64,000 nt of DNA from an uncultured Chloroflexia bacterium. GTDB lineage: Bacteria > Chloroflexota > Dehalococcoidia > DSTF01 > JALHUB01. Made by a program: the position numbers and the translations under genes. Below, in pieces: positions 43,305-52,921 of this stretch. Under the pieces are notes generated by a model. It saw only the letters and a list, made by a program, of their open reading frames with translations, ran no database searches and was not told where the DNA came from. The stretch's first letter is position 1; each line of letters begins with the position of its first letter. Location of the stretch: NCBI GenBank assembly GCA_963842845.1, contig CAWJHZ010000011.1:4744-68743 (forward strand), in the 5' to 3' direction.

Positions 43305-44792
43305 TTGCCCGCTCGACAAAACGGAGCACGAGTCCTAGGAGCGCTGAGGAAGCGGCTGTTTGAGGCCAATTCGGGCCCGCAAACCGGCTTCCCCATCAGC
43401 CGCTCTGGCCTCGCCTTCCTCGTCGCCCTCGCTTTCATCGCCCTCCTCACCTTCGTCATCTTCCCCGCGCGGCGCATAACCGTGGTCGCCGACGGCGTCA
43501 GCCACCTTGTCTACAGCCGAGACCAGTCTGACGTTGCGACACTCCATCGCGCCGACGTCACGCTGGAATCGGGCGACCGGGTGTTGCACGAGACCGACCG
43601 GCGCGGCGAGGCGCAGTTGCAGGTCTCGAGAGCCACACCCATCGTCGCCGAAGTGTCCGGTCGCCTCGTCTACTGGCGCACACAGGCGAGGACGCTGGGC
43701 GGCGCCCTCTCTGAAATCGGCGTCACCCTCGACGACGGCGACCAGGTGCTGGTTAACGGCGTCCTCACTTCGCCGCGCGACCCGCTGCTGCCGCTTGCGC
43801 CGCGAATGGTTGCCAGCGCTCTCAGCCTCATGCGTCTCCCAACGTTGGTGCCCTCCGACGACCACCCGCTGTCTGTCGCAGTGAAGCGCGCCCTTCCTTT
43901 CACCGTAGTGGAGGATGGCCACAGCCTGAGCCTGCGCTCGACCGAGCCGACGCTGGCGCTGGCGCTCAAGGAGAACGACATCGTCCTAGGCCCGGCTGAC
44001 CTCGTCAGCCCCGATCCCCAAACGCCACTCACCGCCGGCCTCAGCGCCGAAGTCGACCACGCTGCCAGGCTGACGATCATCCTGCCCGAGGGAACAAGCG
44101 TCGTTTACAGCCACGAAAAGACGGTAGGCGCCGCGCTGGAAGCCGCTGGCATTGGCCTCACGCTTCTCGACAAGGTATCGCCCGGTCGTGATGAGCCGCT
44201 GACGCTCGATATGCAGGTCGAAGTAGTGCGCGTCACCATGGGCGACGTGGTCGAACGCGACGACATCCCCTTCCAGACGGTCTTCCGCGGCGATCCTGAC
44301 CTCGCCTGGGGCGACTCGCGCCGCGTCGAGGGGCAGGCGGGCGTCCACGCGTCGGAGTACCAGGTAACCTACGAGGACGGTCAGGAGACTGGCCGCGTCC
44401 TCGTCCGCGATTGGATAGAGCAGGAGCCGCAAGACGCCGTTGTCTACTATTCTAGCGCCTCCGATTCCAGCGCCGGCATCCCCGATGGCACCCAGGTCGT
44501 CGAAGTTAAGCACGTCTATGCCACCTGGTACGATCCCGAGTCCGCCGGCAAGCCTCGCTCTTCGCCCGGCTACGGCTTCACGAGCACCGGCGTCCAGGTC
44601 ACGCGGGGCATTGTCGCCGTCGATCCGACGGTGATACCATATGGAACGAAGATGTTTATCCCCGGCTACGGCTTCGCCGTCGCGGCCGACTGCGGCGGCG
44701 GCGTCAAAGGGAACATGATCGACCTGGGCTATCCCGATGACTACCCCGTCGATTGGTCTCCTCACTGGGTCGACATCTACATTCTTGGCTAA
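43305..44792 (+). CDS. YabE/RpfB-like protein (DUF348 repeats, G5, 3D domain)
   Basis: TM, repeated ubiquitin-like units, G5 region, VAVDP.VIPYGT...A.D.GG..KGN.IDL; upstream of rsmA; start uncertain. Confidence 0.88.
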   Translation: MPARQNGARVLGALRKRLFEANSGPQTGFPISRSGLAFLVALAFIALLTFVIFPARRITVVADGVSHLVYSRDQSDVATLHRADVTLESGDRVLHETDRRGEAQLQVSRATPIVAEVSGRLVYWRTQARTLGGALSEIGVTLDDGDQVLVNGVLTSPRDPLLPLAPRMVASALSLMRLPTLVPSDDHPLSVAVKRALPFTVVEDGHSLSLRSTEPTLALALKENDIVLGPADLVSPDPQTPLTAGLSAEVDHAARLTIILPEGTSVVYSHEKTVGAALEAAGIGLTLLDKVSPGRDEPLTLDMQVEVVRVTMGDVVERDDIPFQTVFRGDPDLAWGDSRRVEGQAGVHASEYQVTYEDGQETGRVLVRDWIEQEPQDAVVYYSSASDSSAGIPDGTQVVEVKHVYATWYDPESAGKPRSSPGYGFTSTGVQVTRGIVAVDPTVIPYGTKMFIPGYGFAVAADCGGGVKGNMIDLGYPDDYPVDWSPHWVDIYILG

Positions 44793-44869
44793 CGAGTCCC
44801 AAAACGCCGCGCCGCAATACTGCCGCTGCCCATCGCTCTCGACCGCGTAGCCCTCTTCCCCGCGATCTC

Positions 44870-45685
44870 GTGCTCGCCGGTCTACCCGCCCGCAAGAGCC
44901 TCGGCCAGCACTTCCTGACGGACCGCCGCATTCTCCGACGCATCGTCAACGCCGCGAAGCTGACTCCCGAAGACACCGTCGTCGAAGTCGGCGCCGGCCG
45001 CGGCGTCTTGACCGCGCAGCTCGCGAAACGGGTCGGCAAGGTTATCGCCGTGGAGGTCGACGAGGCGCTCTGCCGCCACCTGCGCAGTCGCTTCGAAGGC
45101 GTCCCGAACCTGTCCATCGTTTGCGCCGACGTCCTGTCGATTGCGCCGGAAGAGTTGCTGCGTTCTGCCGGCGCCCGTCCGCCGTACGTCGTTGCAGGCA
45201 ACCTGCCCTACAACATCGCCGCCGCCGTGCTGCGCCACTTCCTCGAAGCGTCCTCGCGGCCGCAGCGAATGATCGTCATGCTGCAGAAGGAGGTGGCGGA
45301 AAGCATCGTCGCCGGCCCCGGGCGAATGGGCCTGCTGTCGCTCGCGACCCAGCTCTACGCCGTCCCGCGATTGCTCTTCACCGTGCGGCCGTCCGCCTTC
45401 CGCCCGCCGCCGAAAGTCGAATCGGCCGTGCTGCGACTGGACGTGCGCGACGGCCCCGCCGTTCCTCTTGACGACGTCGACGCCTTCTTCCGGATCGTGC
45501 GGGCCGGCTTCAGCACGCCGCGGAAGCAGTTGCGCAACTCCCTCAGCCACGCCCTCGGGCTGGACGCCGCGGCTGTCGAGAGGGCGATGCGCCGCGCCGG
45601 CGTCGACCCGACGCTTCGTGCGCAGGCGCTCAGCCTGGAGCAATGGGCCGCGCTGGGCCAATCGCTACCACTGGAGACGGAATGA
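44870..45685 (+). CDS. rsmA: 16S rRNA dimethyladenosine transferase
   Basis: KSLGQHFL, VEVGAGRG, GNLPYNI, MLQKEVA; start uncertain. Confidence 0.95.
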   Translation: MLAGLPARKSLGQHFLTDRRILRRIVNAAKLTPEDTVVEVGAGRGVLTAQLAKRVGKVIAVEVDEALCRHLRSRFEGVPNLSIVCADVLSIAPEELLRSAGARPPYVVAGNLPYNIAAAVLRHFLEASSRPQRMIVMLQKEVAESIVAGPGRMGLLSLATQLYAVPRLLFTVRPSAFRPPPKVESAVLRLDVRDGPAVPLDDVDAFFRIVRAGFSTPRKQLRNSLSHALGLDAAAVERAMRRAGVDPTLRAQALSLEQWAALGQSLPLETE

Positions 45686-46563
45686 AGCTTCGCCTCATCG
45701 CCGCCGCGAAGGTCAACTGGACGCTGGAGGCCCTTGGCCGCCGTGACGATGGCTATCATGAAATCCGCACGATTTTTCAGACAGTCGCTCTGCACGACAC
45801 CGTCGTTCTTTCTCCCGCGGCGAAGCTGGAGCTGCGACTGACGGGCGTGCCGCCGTCGCACGACTGGTCACCCGAGGGCGATCTGGCCTACCGGGCGGCG
45901 CAGGCCCTGCGCGACGAAGCGGGCGATCCCTCGCTCGGGGCGCGGATCGAAGTCGAGAAGGTTGTGCCCGCGGCCGCCGGCCTGGGCGGAGGCAGCAGCG
46001 ACGCCGCCGCCGTGCTGCGCGGCCTGAACCGACTCTGGCGCCTCGACTTCGACGCGACGCGCTTGGCCCGCATCGCCGCGTCGCTCGGCAGCGATGTTCC
46101 GTTCTTCTTGGCGGGCGGCACAGCCGTGGCCGGTGGCCGCGGCGACGAAGTCGCCCCACTTCCGGACGTCCCGCTCACCCGCGTTCTCATCGCCGTCCCG
46201 CGCGACCGGCTGTCGCAGAAGACTTCCCTCATGTACGGTCGGCTGCGCCCCGAGCACTACACCTCCGGCGGGGGCACCGAGCGGCTGGTCGAGGAGCTGA
46301 AATCGGGCGCCGTCCTCTCCGACGAGGTGATCTTCAACGTCTTCAGTGCAGTCCTCTTCGAGTCCATGCCGCTCGCGGCCGTGCTGGCCGACCAGTGCGC
46401 GGAGCTGGGCACCTGCCCGCATCTCGCCGGCAGCGGCCCCGCCTTCTTCTTCCTCTCGCCGCCACGCGAAGACGTTAAGGAGCGTCTCCTCCGCGCCGGC
46501 GCCGAGCTCTTCGACACGACGACGCTTGCCGCCGCCGAATCGACGGCCTGGGAGGAGCTGTAG
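45682..46563 (+). CDS. ispE: 4-diphosphocytidyl-2-C-methyl-D-erythritol kinase
   Basis: AKVNWTL..RDDGYHE, AGLGGGSSDAA, GSDVPFF, GSG. Confidence 0.94.
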   Translation: MKLRLIAAAKVNWTLEALGRRDDGYHEIRTIFQTVALHDTVVLSPAAKLELRLTGVPPSHDWSPEGDLAYRAAQALRDEAGDPSLGARIEVEKVVPAAAGLGGGSSDAAAVLRGLNRLWRLDFDATRLARIAASLGSDVPFFLAGGTAVAGGRGDEVAPLPDVPLTRVLIAVPRDRLSQKTSLMYGRLRPEHYTSGGGTERLVEELKSGAVLSDEVIFNVFSAVLFESMPLAAVLADQCAELGTCPHLAGSGPAFFFLSPPREDVKERLLRAGAELFDTTTLAAAESTAWEEL

Positions 46564-46569
46564 CCGCCC

Positions 46570-47004
46570 ATGGCCGAAGTGTTCTCCGGCTTCGTCTGCG
46601 GCTTCGCGCTATCGATTATCGCCACGCCGCCGTTCGCCCTCTGGGTACTGCGCGCCCGCGACCAGGTGCCCTTCATCCGCAACGCCGTTCCGCCGGGCAT
46701 GTCGATCACCCTTCTCTCCGTCCCGATATCGTCTTTCTTCTCGCTCCTCTGGACCGGCCTGGGCCTCATCTACGGCATGGTGCTCCTCGCCGCCGAGAAC
46801 TCGCATCCCAATCATGGCCTGGCCAGCCCCAATCTGCTGTATACGGCCTTCATCCTTCTCACCACCGTCATCATCTTCCTGCCGTTCTACGCCCTCATCC
46901 CGACAGCGCGCCGGCTGGCCCTCTTCCTCGCTATCACTTACGTTGCGCTCTTCGGCTGGGCCACGCCTTGGCTCGCCCACTACGCCGCAACTCGCGTAAG
47001 CTGA
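46570..47004 (+). CDS. hypothetical membrane protein (about 4 TM)
   Basis: Hydrophobic ORF in operon, host-like codon usage. Confidence 0.75.
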   Translation: MAEVFSGFVCGFALSIIATPPFALWVLRARDQVPFIRNAVPPGMSITLLSVPISSFFSLLWTGLGLIYGMVLLAAENSHPNHGLASPNLLYTAFILLTTVIIFLPFYALIPTARRLALFLAITYVALFGWATPWLAHYAATRVS

Positions 47005-47043
47005 AAGTGCCATGCTGACAACAGCCCCTTCGAGGCGACGCGC

Positions 47044-47736
47044 ATGACAAGCGTCATCGACATGCACATCCACACGACTCGCGGCGCGAGCGACAGCAGC
47101 CTGCGCCCGGTAGAGCTTGCCCGCGCGGCCCGACGCCTCGGCCTATCCGCCGTCGTAGTCACCGAGCACGACCGCCTGTGGGACCCGCTGGAGGTCGTCC
47201 GCTTCCGCGCGGAGCGCTCTCTACTGCTAATAAACGGCATGGAAGTCTCTACCGACCTTGGCCACGTACTCGTGCTCGGAATCCACGCCTACCTGCCGGC
47301 GATGCGCTTCGCTCGGGAGCTGCGACGTATCGTGAGCGACGCCGACGGCTACATGATCGCCGCGCACCCGTTCCGGCATCAGTTCAACCGCGTCGAGTGG
47401 GAGCGGCAGGGGCTGGAGCCGCGCGTCCTCACACCGGCGGAGGCGTCGGAGCTGCCGTTGCTGAACCTGGTGGACGCCATCGAGGTGCTGAACGGGGGCA
47501 ACAGCCTGGAGGAGAATGTCCTCGCTCTTCAGGTCGCCGACGTCCTCGGGAAGCCGGGCGTCGCCGGCTCGGACGCGCACTCTCACCAGGGCATCGGCAT
47601 CCACACGACGGTTTTCGAGCGAACGCTGGAGTCGGAGGCCGACCTTCTTTGCGAGCTGCACGCCGGCCGCTTCTACCCGGCCAACGGCCTGTTGCAAGGC
47701 GACATGCAGCCCTTTACCCTGCCAGCGGACTTCTAG
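47044..47736 (+). CDS. PHP domain metallo-hydrolase
   Basis: DMHIHT, TEHD, GMEVS..GH, AHP, GSDAH. Confidence 0.92.
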   Translation: MTSVIDMHIHTTRGASDSSLRPVELARAARRLGLSAVVVTEHDRLWDPLEVVRFRAERSLLLINGMEVSTDLGHVLVLGIHAYLPAMRFARELRRIVSDADGYMIAAHPFRHQFNRVEWERQGLEPRVLTPAEASELPLLNLVDAIEVLNGGNSLEENVLALQVADVLGKPGVAGSDAHSHQGIGIHTTVFERTLESEADLLCELHAGRFYPANGLLQGDMQPFTLPADF

Positions 47737-47796
47737 CCCCTACCGCTTCGGCCGTCCCGACCGCTAGAATGAGATGGGTTCTTCCCAAGGACAAGC

Positions 47797-50604
47797 ATGC
47801 CCACCTACGTCGCCCTCGACCTGGAGACCACCGGCCTCAGCGCCGACAACTGCGAGATCATTGAAGTCGGCGCGGTCAAGTTCACGCCTGAGGGCGAGAT
47901 CGCCACCTTCCACACGCCGGTCAAGCCGGTCAGCGCTCTGCCCTACTTCATACAGCGCCTCACCGGCATCCGGCCCGAGGATGTCCGCGACGCCCCGCTC
48001 TTCGCAGAGGTCGCCTCCGACCTGGAGCACTTCATCGGCGGTCATCCGGTGGTCGGCCAGAACGTCGCCTTCGACCTCGGCTTTCTCGCCGCGCAGGGCA
48101 TCCAGCCGCCCGGCGGGTCGTTCGACACGCACGAGCTGGCGACGCTGCTCTTGCCGGGTCTGCCCGAGTACAATCTCCGTTCTCTGGCGCGTCACTTCGG
48201 CGTCGAATTCCCGGTGCGCCATCGCGCCCTCGCCGACGCCCAGGCCGCGCGGGCCGTCTTCCTGCGCCTGCGCGAGCACCTGTCGGAGTTGCCGGTCGGC
48301 ACGCTGACCGAGTTGCAAAACATCGCCGTTGCCGTCGACTGGCCGCTGCGACGCCTCTTCGCCGAGCTGCTGGAGGAAGCGCCGCTTCTCTCGGAGCCCT
48401 CCCTGCCGGCGGAAGCGATGCCCCTGCCGGTCGAGCTCGGGGCGCCGCTCGTCGCCCGCTCGCCGCTGCAGCCGGTTGCCGCCGACGAAGTCGAATCGAT
48501 TCTTCGCGCGCCCGAAGCTTCGCCGGACCTCTTCCCGGAGTTCGAGCAGCGGGCTGAACAGCTTGCCATGGTGCGCGAGGTGACGGAAGCGCTGAACTCC
48601 GGTCAGCCGCTTATCGTCGAGGCGGGGACCGGCACCGGCAAGTCGCTCGCCTACCTGGCGCCTGCGGCCCGCTACGCGCTGGAGAACGACGCTCGCATCA
48701 TCGTCTCCACCGACACCATCAACCTCCAGGAGCAGCTTATGGGCAAAGACATCCCGCTGCTCCGCCGTCTTCTTCAGGCGGCGCCGGCTGCGAAGGCCAC
48801 CGCTGACCGGCTGCGGTTCGCCCAGCTCAAAGGCCGTCGCAACTACCTCTGCATGCTGCGCTTCGCCGCTCTCCGACGCTCCACATCCCTCAGCCAGTCG
48901 GAGGCGCGGCTGCTCGCCCGCATTCTCGTCTGGCTGCGACGCACCGAGGCCGGCGACCGAGCGGAGTTGAGCCTTTCGCCGCAGGAAGACGCCGTCTGGC
49001 AGAGCCTCAGCGCCGACAGCGAGTCCTGCGTGTCGTTCGCCTGCCACTACGCCCGCCACGGCGCCTGCTTCCTCCAGCGGGCGAGGCGTCGCGCCGAAGG
49101 CTCCCACATCGTCGTCGTGAACCACGCGCTGCTGCTGTCCGACATCGCGACCGGCGGCCACGTGCTGCCCGAGTACCGCCATCTAATCGTCGACGAGGCG
49201 CACAACCTGGAGGACGAGGCGACGCAGCAGTTCGGCTTCCAGGCCAGCGACGGCGACGTTCGCGCTCTCCTCGACCGCGTCCACCACCGTCTGGCCCGTG
49301 GACGCGCCGGCGGCCTCGTCGAAAGTCTGCGCGCCCAGCAACGCGCCGGTCGGCCCGACACGGCGACCGACCTCGACGCGTTCGCCGGCGAGCTTACGTC
49401 TGCCGCCGAGGCCGCCCGTCGCGCTCTGCCCGTCCTTTTCGACCTGCTGTCGTCCTTCCTCTTCGACCGCGCCGCCGAGCAGGGTGACTTCGACCCGCGT
49501 TTGCTCCTCAGCCGCGCCATGCGTGTGCAGCCGGACTGGTCGGACGTCGAAGTAGCGTGGTCGAACGTTGACGCCTCGTTGGGCGGACTGGCCGGCCTCT
49601 TTGCGCGCCTGAACGAGAGCGTCGCCGCCGACGGCTCCGGCGAGGCGGACGAGCTGTTGACGGAGATTTCCGGCGTCCTGCAGGAGGCGCAGCGGCTGCG
49701 CTTTGGCATCGCCTCGGTGCTGGCGCGCGACGACCCGGACACGATCGCCTGGCTGGCCTACGCGCGCCAGAGCGGCAGCGTGACGCTTTGCGCCGCGCCG
49801 CTGCAGGTCGCCGAGGTGTTGCGCTCCCGGCTCTTCGCCGATAGGGAGTCGGCGGTGCTCACCGGGGCTACCCTCAGCGTCGCCGGCCGTTTCGACTACA
49901 TCTGCGAAGCGGTCGGCCTGGAGGAGCCGCGCCAGCTCCTGCTTGGCTCGCCCTTTGACTACGCCCGCTCGACCCTCATGCTTATCCCCAGCGACATGCC
50001 GGAGCCTAATCACAACGACTACCAGGAGGAGTTCGACCACGCCCTCGTCGACCTCTGCCGCGCCGCCGAAGGGCGCACCCTGGTTCTCTTCACGTCTTAC
50101 GGCTCGCTCGGCGCCACCTATGGCGCTATCAGGCGACCGCTGGAGCATGAAGGGATTCTTGTGCTGGGCCAGGGGATGGACGGCCCGCCGAAGTCGCTGC
50201 TGAACGCCCTGCGCGAGAACCATCGCACCGTGATCCTGGGCACCAGCAGCTTCTGGGAAGGCGTCGACGTTGCCGGCGAGGCGCTATCGTTGCTCGTCAT
50301 TGCCCGCCTGCCGTTCGCCGTCCCCACAGATCCCGTCTTCGTGGCCCGCTCCGAGCTCCATGAAGACCCCTTCAACGAGTACGCGCTTCCGCAGGCTGTC
50401 ATCCGCTTCAAGCAGGGGTTCGGACGGCTGATCCGTCGCAAGACCGACAGGGGCGTGGTGGTCGTCATGGACCGAAGGCTCCGGAGCAAGGCTTACGGGT
50501 CGTCCTTCCTCCGCTCCGTGCCGCCCTGCACCGTCGAAGACCTGCCGCTGCGCGAGCTCGGCCCTGCGACCGCCGCCTGGCTGGCCGGCAAGCGAAGGAC
50601 CTAG
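47797..50604 (+). CDS. dinG: DnaQ exonuclease / DinG family helicase fusion
   Basis: DLETTGL..HRALADA exonuclease; EAGTGTGKS, DEAH, FWEGVD, QGFGRLIR. Confidence 0.93.
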   Translation: MPTYVALDLETTGLSADNCEIIEVGAVKFTPEGEIATFHTPVKPVSALPYFIQRLTGIRPEDVRDAPLFAEVASDLEHFIGGHPVVGQNVAFDLGFLAAQGIQPPGGSFDTHELATLLLPGLPEYNLRSLARHFGVEFPVRHRALADAQAARAVFLRLREHLSELPVGTLTELQNIAVAVDWPLRRLFAELLEEAPLLSEPSLPAEAMPLPVELGAPLVARSPLQPVAADEVESILRAPEASPDLFPEFEQRAEQLAMVREVTEALNSGQPLIVEAGTGTGKSLAYLAPAARYALENDARIIVSTDTINLQEQLMGKDIPLLRRLLQAAPAAKATADRLRFAQLKGRRNYLCMLRFAALRRSTSLSQSEARLLARILVWLRRTEAGDRAELSLSPQEDAVWQSLSADSESCVSFACHYARHGACFLQRARRRAEGSHIVVVNHALLLSDIATGGHVLPEYRHLIVDEAHNLEDEATQQFGFQASDGDVRALLDRVHHRLARGRAGGLVESLRAQQRAGRPDTATDLDAFAGELTSAAEAARRALPVLFDLLSSFLFDRAAEQGDFDPRLLLSRAMRVQPDWSDVEVAWSNVDASLGGLAGLFARLNESVAADGSGEADELLTEISGVLQEAQRLRFGIASVLARDDPDTIAWLAYARQSGSVTLCAAPLQVAEVLRSRLFADRESAVLTGATLSVAGRFDYICEAVGLEEPRQLLLGSPFDYARSTLMLIPSDMPEPNHNDYQEEFDHALVDLCRAAEGRTLVLFTSYGSLGATYGAIRRPLEHEGILVLGQGMDGPPKSLLNALRENHRTVILGTSSFWEGVDVAGEALSLLVIARLPFAVPTDPVFVARSELHEDPFNEYALPQAVIRFKQGFGRLIRRKTDRGVVVVMDRRLRSKAYGSSFLRSVPPCTVEDLPLRELGPATAAWLAGKRRT

Positions 50605-50633
50605 GCCCCGCCACGGCATCATGTTGAAACCAC

Positions 50634-50658
50634 GTAGCCGAGACTTTCCAGTCTCGGC
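50634..50658 (+). repeat. GTAG-type REP-like palindrome, copy 3
   Basis: GTAGCCGAGACT-TTCC-AGTCTCGGC. Confidence 0.75.
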
Positions 50659-50708
50659 CGGAATCTGCGATGCGGGCAAGGTACCCGCTCTACGCGCGCT
50701 GGACTGAG

Positions 50709-51947
50709 CTACTCCCGAAGCCGGCTCACCAACTCGATCTCGTCCTCCCGGTTGCTCGTCACCCCGTCGAGGCGCGCCGCCCGCAGCCTTCGCAGCACCG
50801 TGCCCAGTTCGCGGCCCGCCGGAACGCCGAGGCGTCGCAGCGCGCTCGCGCCGAGGAAGGGCTTCACATAACGCCAGCCGCGCAGAAACAAAAGCGCCCT
50901 CCCCGCGACGACTCCTTCGTCGGTGTGCAGTGCCAGCGTCCACACCGACGCGAGGCTGAACGGCTCCAGCAGCTCGGTCAGGCGGCTTGGCGGAGCGTCT
51001 TGAGCGCTCAACTCATCGCGCACGCTGCCCAGCCGCGGGAGATCGGCCAGAGCCCGCTCGTGTCGACGCGGTAGCGCGAGGCGATGCACCAGCGATTCGA
51101 CGTCCCCCTCGTCGCAGTGCCGGCAGAGCAGGCACAGGCACACCTCATCCCAGGGCGCCGGTCGCTCTTCCGCCGCCCGCGCGAGCGCCGCCTCACCCGG
51201 TTCGTCGAGTCGCAGGCAAGGATGGATTGCGGTCAGGATTCCCAGCTCCTGCGCCCGTGCCAGCGCCTGCTTCAGACGGTCCTCGTAGAAGATCGCCGTC
51301 AACGCCGCCCACAGGCGTGCGCCGCTAATCGTGTCCAGATACGAGAGGTCGCGACGGAGCAGCCGCTCGGTTTCGTCCTCCAGCCGGAACGCCAGCCGCG
51401 CGTCGTAGCGGACAGCCCGCAGCATGCGCGTGGCGTCGTCGCGGAAGCTGTCCTCGTGGAGAACGCGGATCAGCCGCCGTTCGAGGTCGCGGCGTCCGCT
51501 ATGCGGGTCCAGCAGCTCGCCGGCCGCCGGCGGCGTAAGCCGGAGCGCCATCGCGTTCACGCTGAAGTCGCGACGCCGCAGGTCCTCCTCGATCCCCGCC
51601 GGCCGCACCGTTGGCAGCGCTCCCGGCCGCTCATACGACTCCGCCCGCGTCCGCGCCAGGTCGACGCGCGAAGCGGTGAGCTCGACCGACGCCGTGCCGA
51701 ACTTCTCGTGCGTCGTCAGGCGACCCTGCCGCAGCTCCGCCATCTCCCGCGCCAGAGCGATGGCGTCGCCCTCAGCCGCGATGTCGAGGTCGACGTGCGG
51801 CCGTGCCAGCAGCAGGTCGCGTACGCTGCCGCCGACCAGGTAGAGCTGCTCGCCGCGACGTTCCGCAAGCGCGACGAGCGCCGCCATTACGTCGCGGTCC
51901 GCCTCCGACAGGCGCGCATCAAGGGCGGCAAGCAAATCATCCGCCAC
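50709..51947 (-). CDS. tRNA nucleotidyltransferase (CCA / CC / A-adding family)
   Basis: VGGSVRD..DLD, EDLRRRDFSVNAMA, SFRDDATRMLRAVR. Confidence 0.92.
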   Translation of the reverse strand: MADDLLAALDARLSEADRDVMAALVALAERRGEQLYLVGGSVRDLLLARPHVDLDIAAEGDAIALAREMAELRQGRLTTHEKFGTASVELTASRVDLARTRAESYERPGALPTVRPAGIEEDLRRRDFSVNAMALRLTPPAAGELLDPHSGRRDLERRLIRVLHEDSFRDDATRMLRAVRYDARLAFRLEDETERLLRRDLSYLDTISGARLWAALTAIFYEDRLKQALARAQELGILTAIHPCLRLDEPGEAALARAAEERPAPWDEVCLCLLCRHCDEGDVESLVHRLALPRRHERALADLPRLGSVRDELSAQDAPPSRLTELLEPFSLASVWTLALHTDEGVVAGRALLFLRGWRYVKPFLGASALRRLGVPAGRELGTVLRRLRAARLDGVTSNREDEIELVSRLRE

Positions 51948-52004
51948 GTTCGTTGCGACCTTTTCCCACAGGCTTCCGAAGTCGCCCGATTATAGCACGC
52001 GAAC

Positions 52005-52033
52005 TTGACAGCCATTTCTGCGCAGCATATGAT
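52005..52033 (+). promoter_or_regulatory. sigma70-like promoter of rnc-smc
   Basis: TTGACA-N17-TATGAT. Confidence 0.7.
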
Positions 52034-52172
52034 GCCCTAAAGCCAAGCCGCATAGGAAACGCCGAAACGCTGTGCATGAAGCAGGCGCGAGGGTCGTGTA
52101 TCGAGGAGCGGTAGGCTCGGAAAAGACCGCCGCTGTGGCGGTCTGTCGTTATCAAGGGGCGGATTCTACGAC

Positions 52173-52901
52173 ATGACGCCGGACTTGAAGCTGCTGGAGA
52201 AGAAGCTGGGGTTGAAGTTCCGCAATCCGGCCCTCTTGGAGCAGTCTCTAGTACACCGCTCCTACCTGAATGAAATGCCCGAGTCCGGGCTGGAATCCAA
52301 TGAGCGCCTGGAGTTCCTCGGCGACGCCGTGCTCGGTCTCGTCGTGGCCAGCAAGCTTTACGAAGATTACCCGGACCACTCGGAGGGCCAGCTCACGGAG
52401 ATGCGCGTCGCGCTGGTGCGTCGCGACACGCTGGCCCGCGTCGCCAAGAACCTGGCGCTGGGCGACTATCTCTTTCTCGGGCGTGGCGAGCGCGCCGCCG
52501 GTGGCGGAGGCCGTCCCTCGAACCTTTCGTCGACCTATGAAGCGGTAGTCGGCGCGGTGTTCATCGACGGCGGCTTGCAGAAGGCGCGGCGCTTTGTCCT
52601 GAGATCGCTGGCCGCCGAATACAGGGAGCTGCCGAAGGGCCGCACCCTGGCGAATCCGAAATCGCAGTTGCAGGAGCTGCTTCAGGCGCGCTTCCAGAAA
52701 GCGCCCGTCTACAGGCTGGTGCGCGACGAAGGCCCCGACCATTCGAAGGTCTTCACGGTGCAGGTCTGGGGCGACAAGAAGCCGCTCGGCGTTGGACAGG
52801 GGAAGAGCAAGCAACAGGCGGAAAAAGAAGCCGCCCGTGACGCCCTGGAGAAGATAGGGCGCGAAGGCGGCGGCGAACCAATGACCGGTACCGATAGCTG
52901 A
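52173..52901 (+). CDS. rnc: ribonuclease III
   Basis: NERLEFLGDAVL; dsRBD GPDH.K.F, G.GKSKQQAE. Confidence 0.97.
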   Translation: MTPDLKLLEKKLGLKFRNPALLEQSLVHRSYLNEMPESGLESNERLEFLGDAVLGLVVASKLYEDYPDHSEGQLTEMRVALVRRDTLARVAKNLALGDYLFLGRGERAAGGGGRPSNLSSTYEAVVGAVFIDGGLQKARRFVLRSLAAEYRELPKGRTLANPKSQLQELLQARFQKAPVYRLVRDEGPDHSKVFTVQVWGDKKPLGVGQGKSKQQAEKEAARDALEKIGREGGGEPMTGTDS

Positions 52902-52921
52902 AACTCCCCTGAGATTTGCCT

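Noticed and set aside
42964-43477. Small ORFs overlapping this region
   Set aside because: Explained by the SRP RNA gene and the opposite-strand start of the yabE-like gene.
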